Assembly (NCBI GenBank): GCA_944320635.1
Contig: CALUIF010000016.1
Location: 1-41,464 of the forward strand
Source of the DNA: an uncultured Bacteroides sp.
GTDB taxonomy: Bacteria; Bacteroidota; Bacteroidia; Bacteroidales; Bacteroidaceae
DNA: 41,464 nucleotides
Direction: 5' to 3'
The notes beneath the pieces were generated by a model, which did not search any database, was not told the DNA's origin, and worked only from the letters and a program-made list of their open reading frames with translations. The translations under genes and the position numbers were made by a program. This document shows, one piece after another, positions 9,562-18,263 of this stretch (its first letter is position 1; each line of letters opens with the position of its first letter).

Positions 9562-11823
9562 TTAGCGGTTGAACAGCTCGAAGGTGAACTTGCAGCCTAT
9601 TTCCTTGTACTTCCAATTGGCAAAGCTGGCAAACACGCCGAAGTCGAACACATGCGTGCCTATGCCATAGCCCAGTTCTATGTAAGGCTTCAGGTGGGGC
9701 ACCACAAGCACGTTGCCGTAGAGGCGTTCGTTGAGCACGTAGCGGGTGTACTTCATCAGATGGCGCATCAGCAGGAAGGGGGCTTCGTAGGTGATGTGCC
9801 CGCGCAGGTAGCGGTCGGACGAGTTGTACCACCGGCGGTCGAGCAACTGAAACACTCCACCTGCCTCATCGTTCCACCCCACGGGCAGGTTGTGGCGGGC
9901 AAAGTGGGCAAAGTCCACGAAGTACGTGTTTTTCTGGTTGGTAAACAGGCCACCGCCCAAGCGCATGAACAGGGTGCGCATGGGGCCGAGCGCCAACTGA
10001 TGGTGCACGTCCAACTCCACACGCTCGTAGGTGCCCGAGTTGCGCAGCACGCCTTCGATGCCCCGCTCCCAGTCGATGGAGAAGGTGGGGTAGCGCGAAT
10101 GCAGGTTCACCTTACGGTCGCCATTCATATAATAATATTGTCCGGGGGTGTAAGACAGCCGTACGCGGGGGGCAAAACTGGTATAGACGTGGCTCAGCCG
10201 ACTCAATATATCCATATCAATGCCCGGATGCGGGGGATTGGTGGCCGTGGCCTGCACGGAGGGCGATCCGGCAGATGGGGTAATGATGGGGTAATTCAAT
10301 TGGAAGTTCGATCGCTCTACCTCCGTGCGGCGGTGTATGGTAAGACCCACGTCGAGTGTCAGTCCGTTCACAATCTCCCACGTGTGGTAGAACTTGAAGT
10401 ACAGGTCCCGGAAGTAATCCAAGTGTATCTGGTCGAAATTGAACAGACTGTCGGGCATGGACTTCAGGTCGTCCAACACATCACTGCTGTATATGCGGTT
10501 ACCGTTGCCTACATCCACATGCAGGGCGGCACGCTTGCGGGGCCAGTAGTCGAAGTCGCTCCGCACGCGCCAATAGAACTCTTTGCGGGTAAAGTTGTAA
10601 CCGACCTGGGGATTGACGCGCAGCAGGCGGTCGCCCGTAAACAGGCGGTTGTACTTGAACTCCTGCCGGTACGAGAACCCGTTACTGCCACTATAACTCA
10701 ATAGAAAGGGGTTGATAAGGGGCGAGCAACGCACACTGCCTATCTGCGCCAGGTCGACAGTATAACGGCTGGTGAGCACATCGCCCACCTGCCCCCAGAA
10801 TTCCAGTTGCTTGCTGCGTTTTTTGCGCGGGTAGCGCAAGGTGTCGTTGCGCAGGAAGTAGTCGCGATACAGGCTTTGTTCGTGCTCCGTAAGAGGCAAC
10901 GGGCGTATGGAGGCAAAGTAAGCCGTGTCGCGCCGGTAGGCATTGGTATCGCAACGCAAAGTGTAGTAATCTGTCAAGTCGTATTGCTTTTTGCCCCGGC
11001 GCGGAGGCAGGTCAAACTGATGGGGGATGATTTCGCCATAGTCCAGCATGGCCGTATAATCGCCGGCAATGACATTACCCAAAAAGCGGAACGTACCGTC
11101 CAGATGGCAACTCACAGGCAGGAATTCATCGTCGGCACCCACTTCACCCATGCGGACAAGGTTGTTGAAACGCATCAGGCTGGAGCGTCCGGCAAAGCGT
11201 ATTTCGCGTACACTCCACACATCGTTGCTCACCACCAGATAGCCCCCCACTAACTGGAAGCTCTTGCTCTTGGGAATGAAACGGATGCGGTATTGAAGCC
11301 TCCCGTCACGGCTTTGCATCACCGAATCGATGCGGTAGGCATAATACTTCCTGGCATCAGAGGCCAAAGGTGAGATGAATTTATCGTAAAATAAGGTAGG
11401 GGCGTAGACGTTGACATAGAAATATTCGGGCAGGCGCTCGTCCATGCTCCAAAATTCCCGCACGGTACCCACACTGGCTTTCACCTTCTGGTCATAAAGG
11501 TTGGGGGCGGTAAAGTGCAGGTCGCTGTACGACTCTACCATATATTCCCTCACCCCTTTGCGCAAGCGGAACATGGAAGGTACAAAGCGCAAGATGTGAT
11601 TCTTCTTCCTAATGTCCACGTAGCCCTTGATGTACAGGCTGGCCTTATAACTCTCCACCGCCTTGGCATACATGGGAGCGAAGAATATGACACGCTGCAT
11701 AATGCTGTCCGCCGAGCGCATGGCGGCATCGGGAGCCACAGGCCGCGGACGGGGCAAGTGCACTGCCTCAGCCATGCAGAGCAATACCCATAACATCGTC
11801 ATTATGACAGCCAATCGTTTCAC
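9562..11823 (-). CDS. Large secreted/outer-membrane protein (DUF5686-like)
   Basis: 753 aa, GTG start, signal peptide, beta-strand-rich C-terminus (YIELGYGIG…FTFELFNR). Family assignment is from recall. Confidence 0.75.
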   Translation of the reverse strand: MKRLAVIMTMLWVLLCMAEAVHLPRPRPVAPDAAMRSADSIMQRVIFFAPMYAKAVESYKASLYIKGYVDIRKKNHILRFVPSMFRLRKGVREYMVESYSDLHFTAPNLYDQKVKASVGTVREFWSMDERLPEYFYVNVYAPTLFYDKFISPLASDARKYYAYRIDSVMQSRDGRLQYRIRFIPKSKSFQLVGGYLVVSNDVWSVREIRFAGRSSLMRFNNLVRMGEVGADDEFLPVSCHLDGTFRFLGNVIAGDYTAMLDYGEIIPHQFDLPPRRGKKQYDLTDYYTLRCDTNAYRRDTAYFASIRPLPLTEHEQSLYRDYFLRNDTLRYPRKKRSKQLEFWGQVGDVLTSRYTVDLAQIGSVRCSPLINPFLLSYSGSNGFSYRQEFKYNRLFTGDRLLRVNPQVGYNFTRKEFYWRVRSDFDYWPRKRAALHVDVGNGNRIYSSDVLDDLKSMPDSLFNFDQIHLDYFRDLYFKFYHTWEIVNGLTLDVGLTIHRRTEVERSNFQLNYPIITPSAGSPSVQATATNPPHPGIDMDILSRLSHVYTSFAPRVRLSYTPGQYYYMNGDRKVNLHSRYPTFSIDWERGIEGVLRNSGTYERVELDVHHQLALGPMRTLFMRLGGGLFTNQKNTYFVDFAHFARHNLPVGWNDEAGGVFQLLDRRWYNSSDRYLRGHITYEAPFLLMRHLMKYTRYVLNERLYGNVLVVPHLKPYIELGYGIGTHVFDFGVFASFANWKYKEIGCKFTFELFNR

Positions 11824-11851
11824 ATTCGTTCCACTTTCTATTGAACCGTGG

Positions 11852-11859
11852 CAAATATA
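11852..11859 (-). promoter_or_regulatory. -7 box for the DUF5686-like gene
   Basis: Minus strand reads TATATTTG(CC). Confidence 0.55.
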
Positions 11860-11941
11860 CGCAGAAGCGGCGAAAGATGTGGCAATCGGAACGTTTTTTT
11901 ATCGGATGGTATGAAACGATTGAAATAAATGGATTTTTGAC

Positions 11942-11949
11942 TACTTTTG
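11942..11949 (+). promoter_or_regulatory. -7 box for fcl
   Basis: TACTTTTG(CA) about 30 nt before ATG 11980. Confidence 0.6.
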
Positions 11950-11979
11950 CATAGTGAAGAAAAAAACAGATATTAAAGC

Positions 11980-12921
11980 ATGGAAAAAGACGCCAAAATA
12001 TATGTAGCCGGACACCGGGGAATGGTGGGGTCGGCCATCGTGCGTGAACTGCAAAGGCAAGGATACAACAACATCGTCACACGCACCCATACCGAACTGG
12101 ACTTGTGCAGACAGGAAGCCGTGGAACGATTCTTTGCCGAGGAAAAGCCTGAATACGTATTTCTGGCTGCTGCCAAAGTGGGGGGAATTGTAGCCAATGA
12201 AAGCGCATTGGCCGACTTTATGTATGTCAACATGATATTGGAAATGAACGTCATCCATTCGGCATGGCAAAACGGCTGCAGGAAGCTGGAGTTTCTGGGG
12301 TCGTCGTGCATCTATCCGCGCATGGCCCCGCAACCCATGAAAGAAAGCTGCTTGCTGACTTCCGAATTGGAAAAGACCAACGAGGCGTATGCACTGGCTA
12401 AAATTTCAGGATTGAAGTATTGCGAGTTTCTGAACCGCCAATACGGAACAGACTACATCAGCGTGATGCCTACCAACCTCTATGGTCCCAACGACAACTA
12501 TCACCCCACACACAGCCACGTATTGCCTGCCCTGATAAGACGCTTCCACGAAGCAAAAGAGCAAAACAAGCCTTTTGTGACCTGTTGGGGAGACGGCAGT
12601 CCGCTACGCGAATTCCTCTATGTGGACGACCTGGCCAACTTGTGCGTATTCCTGATGAACCACTACAGCGGTAATGAAACGGTCAACGCCGGGACGGGAA
12701 AAGAGCTAACCATTAAGCAGCTGACTGAACTGGTGGCCAAAGTGATAGGCTATGAGGGCGAAATACGCTGGGACAAGACGAAACCCAACGGGACACCACG
12801 CAAGCTGCTAGACGTATCGAAAGCCGCCGCCTTGGGATGGACCTACAAGACAGAACTGGAAGAAGGCATTCGCCTGGCCTACGCGGACTTCCTGCACAAC
12901 CCCATGAGAGCCGAAAGGTAA
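11980..12921 (+). CDS. fcl: GDP-L-fucose synthase
   Basis: Motifs AGHRGMVGSA, AAAKVGGI, GSSCIYP, YALAK (YxxxK), MPTNLYGPNDN and HVLPALIRRFH. Confidence 0.96.
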   Translation: MEKDAKIYVAGHRGMVGSAIVRELQRQGYNNIVTRTHTELDLCRQEAVERFFAEEKPEYVFLAAAKVGGIVANESALADFMYVNMILEMNVIHSAWQNGCRKLEFLGSSCIYPRMAPQPMKESCLLTSELEKTNEAYALAKISGLKYCEFLNRQYGTDYISVMPTNLYGPNDNYHPTHSHVLPALIRRFHEAKEQNKPFVTCWGDGSPLREFLYVDDLANLCVFLMNHYSGNETVNAGTGKELTIKQLTELVAKVIGYEGEIRWDKTKPNGTPRKLLDVSKAAALGWTYKTELEEGIRLAYADFLHNPMRAER

Positions 12922-12950
12922 AATACTTATCACATAAAAAACGCTTTATT

Positions 12951-15857
12951 ATGAAAACATTGAAATTGAAACTGCTCCTCCTGCTGCTTGTCCTAGCAGG
13001 ATTGCCCTTTGCTGCAACTGCACAAGGGCTGAAAGCCTTAAAACTTAAAAATGGCCTTTCTGTCTATATTTGGGAGGACGAAACGAAATCAGATGTATTT
13101 GGCGTCGTAGCCGTACGCACAGGTTCAGTCAATGACCCGGCAGAATACACCGGATTAGCACATTACCTGGAACACGTAATGTTCAAGGGTACGGACAAGA
13201 TAGGTGCGCTGGATTGGACTGCCGAAGAACCCCTCTACCAGAAAATCATCGCCAAATACGATGAGATGGCAGACGAAACCGACCCCGCAAAGAAGGACGC
13301 CATCAGCAAAGAAATCAATGAACTGACCGTAGAAGCCGGCAAAGTGAGTGTGTCCAGCGAATTCTCCAACCTGATGGAAAGCATGGGCGGCAAAGGCATG
13401 AACGCCGGCACCAGCTACGATTTGACCTATTATTACAATTCCTTTCCCCCATATCAGATAAACAAATGGTTGGAACTCTCTTCAGAACGCTTCCGCCACC
13501 CGGTTTTCCGCACCTTCCAGTCAGAACTGGAGAACGTGTATGAGGAGTACAACATGTATCAAGACAACCCTTCGAGCCTGCAAAGCAACTTCATCCGCGC
13601 AAAAGCTTTCGAAGGCCACCCCTATGCCAGAGATATCATCGGACTTCCCGAACACTTAAAGAATCCAAGACTGAGCAAGCTCATTGACTTCTACAACGAT
13701 TGGTACACGCCTGAGAATATGGTGCTCATTTTGGTGGGCAACGTCAAAGCACAACAGATTGTGGGACGCATCAATGCCGCCTTTGGCCGATTGCCGCAAA
13801 AAGCCACACCAGCACGTCACACCTATCCCGACCTCAAGATACAAGGACGCACCCAGTACACTGCCAAGATAGGCTATTACCCCAACGTATGCCTCATCTA
13901 CCCGGGTGTACCTGCCGGACATCCGGACGAAAAGCCGCTGGAGATTGCCATGTCCCTGCTAAGTAACAGCAGCAATACGGGCACGCTGGACAAACTTTCA
14001 TTGGATGGAGAACTGACAGGCGCCGGAGCCTCTCCCATGACCATGCGCGAACAAGGGCGCAACATCGTGCAATGCATCCCTCTGTACGATGAAAACCAAC
14101 GCCGCTTCGAATCGAACAAAAGCACCGAGCGCAAGGCACTGAAAGCCATCGAAAAGATTACCAATGGCGAATTTGAGGAATGGCAGGTGAACGCCATCAA
14201 GGCCAACCTGTGCCGCGACTTCGACCTGCAAATGGAGTCGAACAATACCAAGGCAATGCTGCTGATGAACGCTTTCATTTATGAACAAGACCTAGGAAAA
14301 GTGCTTAACTATAAAGACGAAGTGTTAGCCGTAACTACTGATGACATCAAACGCGTAGCACGTCAATACCTCTCGGACAACTACCTCGCCCTCTACATCG
14401 AAGAAGGCAAGCCCGACAAAGGCAATAAAATAAAAAAACCGGGATATAAACCTATCGAACCACCCGTGGGCAAAGAATCGGCTTATGCACAACAATTCAA
14501 ACGCATGAGCATAGGGCAAGCGACAGAAAACTTCATAGACTTCAGCGACGTGAAGGAACAGAAACTTAACGACCGCTCCCGGCTGTACTACACGCAAAAT
14601 CCCGAAAACAACGTGTTCAGCCTTACCTTGCGCTACGGGGCAGGCGAACGCGAATTCCCCCAACTGGGCATTGCCGCCGAACTGATGAACAATGCCGGCG
14701 TAATGGGGGCTTACGAACCCCAGCAATTGAAAGAAGAACTGAGCCGGCTGAATGCCACCTGCCAGGTGAGCGCCAACGACGACTACCTATACATCACCAT
14801 GCGTGGATATGAAGAGACACTGGTACAGGCCTGTCAATTGCTATCAAGACAAATACTGATGCCTGCCCTCGACGAAAAGCAATTGAGCAGCCTGAAAGGT
14901 TCATTGTTGGGCACACGCCAGCAACGCAAGGAAGATGTGAATGTATTGGCCGATGCCCTGTCGCAATACCTGCGCTTCGGCGACCGTTCATCATACCTCA
15001 CCGAACTGACAGACATGGAGTTGCTCAACCTTCAGGTATCCGGACTGACGGGTGACATCAACCGCGCCAGCAACTATGAAGCCGAAATATTCTATTGCGG
15101 CACCCTACCTTTCGAGAAAGTCTATGACATTCTCAGCAAGAATCTCCCATTAGTAGCCAACGAACGTCCTGCCGTGTCGCCCCAAGACAAACCCCTGGCA
15201 CCGGCCGATGAAAACGTCATCTACTTTTTGCCAAACAACGATGCCGAACAAGCCCAAATCTTCCTCTGCCTGCCCATGAATGCCTACAACAAGCAAGACG
15301 ACGTGCTGCGCGATGCTTTCAACCAATACTTCTCGGGCAGCTTCAACGGATTGATGATGAATGAAATCCGCGAAAAACGCTCAATGGCCTACTATGCCGA
15401 CGCCTATGTAATGACACCAGCCCTGCCCGGTAACCAGACTTACATGTATGGCCACCTCGGCACGCAAAACGACAAGGTAAACGATGCCATGGACGTATTC
15501 ATGTCCCTGCTGACCGACATGCCAAAGAACCCGGAACGCATAGACAACATCAAGAGCTACCTGCGCCAAGAGGCACTGACCAGCCACCCGGACTTCCGCG
15601 ACAAAGCCCAATACATGAAGATTTACCAACGGATGGGTTATGAAGGAGACCCGGCCAAGGAAAACCTGCCCAAAATTGACGCGCTGACCTTCGATGACAT
15701 CGTTCGTTTCTACGAGCAAAACATTCAAGGCAAGCCTTACCGCATCGGCATCATCGGGAACCCCAAGCTGATTGACACCAAGCGGTTGGAAAAATACGGC
15801 AAAGTGGTGAAGCTAAGTGAACGGAAGTTGTTCAACACGAAAGACACGCTATTTTAA
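12951..15857 (+). CDS. Secreted M16 (insulinase/PqqL-like) zinc peptidase
   Basis: Inverted zinc motif HYLEH (GLAHYLEHVMFKGT), NAGTSYDLTYY, VYEEYNM, and C-half EIREKRSMAYY. Signal peptide from ATG 12951. Confidence 0.92.
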   Translation: MKTLKLKLLLLLLVLAGLPFAATAQGLKALKLKNGLSVYIWEDETKSDVFGVVAVRTGSVNDPAEYTGLAHYLEHVMFKGTDKIGALDWTAEEPLYQKIIAKYDEMADETDPAKKDAISKEINELTVEAGKVSVSSEFSNLMESMGGKGMNAGTSYDLTYYYNSFPPYQINKWLELSSERFRHPVFRTFQSELENVYEEYNMYQDNPSSLQSNFIRAKAFEGHPYARDIIGLPEHLKNPRLSKLIDFYNDWYTPENMVLILVGNVKAQQIVGRINAAFGRLPQKATPARHTYPDLKIQGRTQYTAKIGYYPNVCLIYPGVPAGHPDEKPLEIAMSLLSNSSNTGTLDKLSLDGELTGAGASPMTMREQGRNIVQCIPLYDENQRRFESNKSTERKALKAIEKITNGEFEEWQVNAIKANLCRDFDLQMESNNTKAMLLMNAFIYEQDLGKVLNYKDEVLAVTTDDIKRVARQYLSDNYLALYIEEGKPDKGNKIKKPGYKPIEPPVGKESAYAQQFKRMSIGQATENFIDFSDVKEQKLNDRSRLYYTQNPENNVFSLTLRYGAGEREFPQLGIAAELMNNAGVMGAYEPQQLKEELSRLNATCQVSANDDYLYITMRGYEETLVQACQLLSRQILMPALDEKQLSSLKGSLLGTRQQRKEDVNVLADALSQYLRFGDRSSYLTELTDMELLNLQVSGLTGDINRASNYEAEIFYCGTLPFEKVYDILSKNLPLVANERPAVSPQDKPLAPADENVIYFLPNNDAEQAQIFLCLPMNAYNKQDDVLRDAFNQYFSGSFNGLMMNEIREKRSMAYYADAYVMTPALPGNQTYMYGHLGTQNDKVNDAMDVFMSLLTDMPKNPERIDNIKSYLRQEALTSHPDFRDKAQYMKIYQRMGYEGDPAKENLPKIDALTFDDIVRFYEQNIQGKPYRIGIIGNPKLIDTKRLEKYGKVVKLSERKLFNTKDTLF

Positions 15858-15894
15858 CGAGACAACAGACAATTAAAAAACTGAGAATCGGGGA

Positions 15895-16090
15895 GGGTGT
15901 GTCGAAATGTGATTTAGCACGGATTCCCCTCCTTCCGGAAGGAGGGGTGGCACGAAGTGACGGGGTGGTAGGTAATTATAATTCCTTATTTTCAGTAGAT
16001 TATCTTTTACCTACCACCTCCCCCTTCGGGTACTCCTCCTGGGAGGAGGAGAATGACGTGACTACTGCATTTCGACACACCCCCTTTTTT
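15895..16090. mobile_element. IR-bounded non-coding element (MITE/REP-like) ending in a T-tract
   Basis: Perfect 15-bp IR GGGTGTGTCGAAATG 15895-15909 / 16068-16082. Inside: a 22-bp palindrome 15926-15947, a 12-bp IR 15964-15975 / 16007-16018 and a hairpin 16033-16051. T6 at 16085-16090. Confidence 0.7.
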
Positions 16091-16103
16091 GTGTCTAGTT
16101 CTT

Positions 16104-16835
16104 CTATCCGCCTATCTTCTTCATAAACAACTCTTGGTAAGCAGGAGAGACCGGAATCAGCTCGTTGCCTATACGGATGCGGTTGTGCTCCACGCTCTCT
16201 ATTTTGTCCAGCGCGACGATATAGGAACGGTGCACGCGGCAAAAGCGATTGTCCGGCAACCTGTCTTCCACACTCTTCATCGTGCTCAGCGCAATAAGGG
16301 GGCGGGGCGCGTCCAGCAAATGGAAACGCACGTAGTCTTTCAGCCCGCTGACAAACAGGATTCGGTCGAAATCCACACGCACCAGCTTGGCATCGTTCTT
16401 CACAAACAAGTACGCGGACGGAGTTACCCCAGGGGAAGCCTCCTCAGGCACATCCGCATCGGTTGTGCCGGAAGAGGCTTGCTCGAACACCGTCTTCGCA
16501 TAAGTCGCAGCCTTCAGGAAGGCGGAGTAGCTGACGGGCTTCAGCAGATAGTCCAGCGCACGGACTTCATAACTATCGTAGGCATACTCCTTGAAGGCCG
16601 TGGTAAAGATGATGCGTGTGGGCGGTTGCACCAGCCGGGAGAGTTCTACCCCCGTAAGCCCCGGCATCTGGACATCGAGAAACAAGATGTCCACCTGCGG
16701 CGACAGGGCCGCCACCGCTTCCAGCGGGTCGAGGTATGTACCCGCCAGGCGGAGGAAAGGCGTCCGCTCCACAAAGCCGGCCAACAGCTTGATGGCCAAC
16801 GGCTCATCGTCCACAATCATGCAGTTCAGTATCAT
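16104..16835 (-). CDS. LytTR-family response regulator
   Basis: REC domain (IVDDEPLA, FLDVQMP, FTTAF, YLLKP) plus LytTR domain (FCRVHRSYIV). Confidence 0.95.
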   Translation of the reverse strand: MILNCMIVDDEPLAIKLLAGFVERTPFLRLAGTYLDPLEAVAALSPQVDILFLDVQMPGLTGVELSRLVQPPTRIIFTTAFKEYAYDSYEVRALDYLLKPVSYSAFLKAATYAKTVFEQASSGTTDADVPEEASPGVTPSAYLFVKNDAKLVRVDFDRILFVSGLKDYVRFHLLDAPRPLIALSTMKSVEDRLPDNRFCRVHRSYIVALDKIESVEHNRIRIGNELIPVSPAYQELFMKKIGG

Positions 16836-16836
16836 G

Positions 16837-17895
16837 TCAATGCTTTTTCCGTTGTACTTTAATCTTCAAGACAGCCTCGTAGGCAGGCACATCCAGCATC
16901 CGGCCTTCAAACACGAAGCCCCTCCGCTCGCCCACCTGCAGGCTGTAGTCGGTATCCCGATAGAGCAGGCGCAGGCGGCGGCGCAAGTTTTCGATGCCCA
17001 CTCCTCCCCCTTTGCGGGCAGAGGCATCGCGCTCCTCGGGCTGTAGCAGGGAGTTGAACACCGAGAAGCAATAGCAACCGTCGGCTTCAGTCAGCGAGGC
17101 GCAAATGTAGCACGCATGCCGGCTGCTGGCCCCGTGCTTGAAGGCGTTCTCCAGCAACGAGATGAATAGCAGCGGAGGCAGCTCGCCCTCCGGATGCCCG
17201 AACGACAGGCTCACCTTCAGCGTGTCGGCATAGCGCAGGCGCATCAGCTCCACGTAGTCTTCCATAAAGGCCGTCTCTTCGCTGAGGGGCGTAAGGGGCT
17301 TATTGCCCTCGTAGAGCACGTAGCGCAGCATGTCGCTCAGGCGGCTGATGGATGCCTGTGTGGCGTCGGGGTCGAAGGCGGCAAGCGACGATATGTTGTT
17401 CAGCGTATTGAACAGGAAGTGCGGGTTCAGCTGGCTTTTCAGCCGTTCGCGTTCGGCCACGGCGGCCTCTACCTCCAGCTGCCGGTTGCGCTTCTGCACA
17501 CGCAAGGCAATAGCGGACAGGATGAAAAGCACGATAACCAGCGTGCTCAACAAGTTGGAAGCCACACGGACACCCGAAGGAATCGGCGGCCCACCGCCAA
17601 GCTGCCAGTGCATAAAGACATCGAGCAGGAGCCTTAACAGCCCCACCAGGGCGACGTTACCAAGCACGAATGCCAAAGACCGCCTGCGGAACAGGAAACC
17701 GGGGATGAGAAAGAAATAATTGCCATAAAACACCAGCATCAGGAACAACACGTAGGGCAAGGCATAACTCGTGACCATGAAAGCCACGGACATCGGCTCC
17801 CCGCTGGCCAGCACGCCAAGGAAGGGAGAAAGCAAAGCCATCGCCCACAGCAGCACCTGCACGGCCACATCCATATGACTGAACCACTTTTTCAT
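16837..17895 (-). CDS. LytS/YehU-type sensor histidine kinase
   Basis: H-box SQLNPHFLFNTLNNI, N-box ENAFKHG, G-box GVGIENLRRRL, and about 4 N-terminal TM helices. Confidence 0.93.
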   Translation of the reverse strand: MKKWFSHMDVAVQVLLWAMALLSPFLGVLASGEPMSVAFMVTSYALPYVLFLMLVFYGNYFFLIPGFLFRRRSLAFVLGNVALVGLLRLLLDVFMHWQLGGGPPIPSGVRVASNLLSTLVIVLFILSAIALRVQKRNRQLEVEAAVAERERLKSQLNPHFLFNTLNNISSLAAFDPDATQASISRLSDMLRYVLYEGNKPLTPLSEETAFMEDYVELMRLRYADTLKVSLSFGHPEGELPPLLFISLLENAFKHGASSRHACYICASLTEADGCYCFSVFNSLLQPEERDASARKGGGVGIENLRRRLRLLYRDTDYSLQVGERRGFVFEGRMLDVPAYEAVLKIKVQRKKH

Positions 17896-17966
17896 GCCAC
17901 GAAGATACGCAATAAAACCGAACTACGTAGCAGGAAAGACACAAAAAAGCAGCCGCCTTTCCTGCC

Positions 17967-18094
17967 TGAATGCAGCACCTTCACTACCCTGCCACTCCAG
18001 TGGCAGGGTTCTGTCACTCCAGTGGCACACGTCTGCCACTCCAGTGGCACGGTTCTGCCACTGCAGTGACAGGGGTGCGAAAGTGCTACATTCA
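17967..18094. repeat. IR-flanked array of four 22-bp palindromic units (MITE-like)
   Basis: Units start at 17989, 18011, 18033 and 18055 with consensus CTGCCACTCCAGTGGCAnnGTT. They are flanked by an 18-bp imperfect IR (15/18), 17967-17984 / 18077-18094. Confidence 0.85.
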
Positions 18095-18146
18095 CGCCGC
18101 CTCCCTGCTACAAAGGGCATGGCAAGGGGGCTGCCTTCGCCGCATC

Positions 18147-18198
18147 TCGTCGGACGGGAGGAAGACTTCGTCGAACGGAAAGCCGACGCTCGTCGGAC
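18147..18198 (+). promoter_or_regulatory. Three phased 9-bp direct repeats, candidate LytTR operator
   Basis: TCGTCGGAC at 18147, TCGTCGAAC at 18168 and TCGTCGGAC at 18190 (21/22-bp period), immediately before TTTG 18202-18205. Confidence 0.7.
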
Positions 18199-18263
18199 TA
18201 ATTTGAACCGCTCGTGCAGATGCCCGTACTTTGCAGCGTGAACATTAAAAAAAACTGCAAGCA

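Noticed and set aside
9529-10704. 391-aa plus-strand ORF
   Set aside because: It is an antisense shadow of the DUF5686-like gene in GC-rich sequence, with no motifs.
12837-12950. N-terminal extensions in the ORF track (also 2059, 5843, 6402, 7469, 9376, 21586, 25374, 34423, 38127)
   Set aside because: They overlap neighbouring genes or promoters. Downstream ATGs give proper signal peptides or family N-termini.
15899-16242. 75-aa and 80-aa ORFs over the IR element
   Set aside because: They derive from the palindromic non-coding element and have no transposase motifs.
17989-18076. Possible mini-CRISPR array
   Set aside because: The units are directly tandem with no unique spacers, and no cas genes are present. 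The same applies to 306-437 and 29377-29465.
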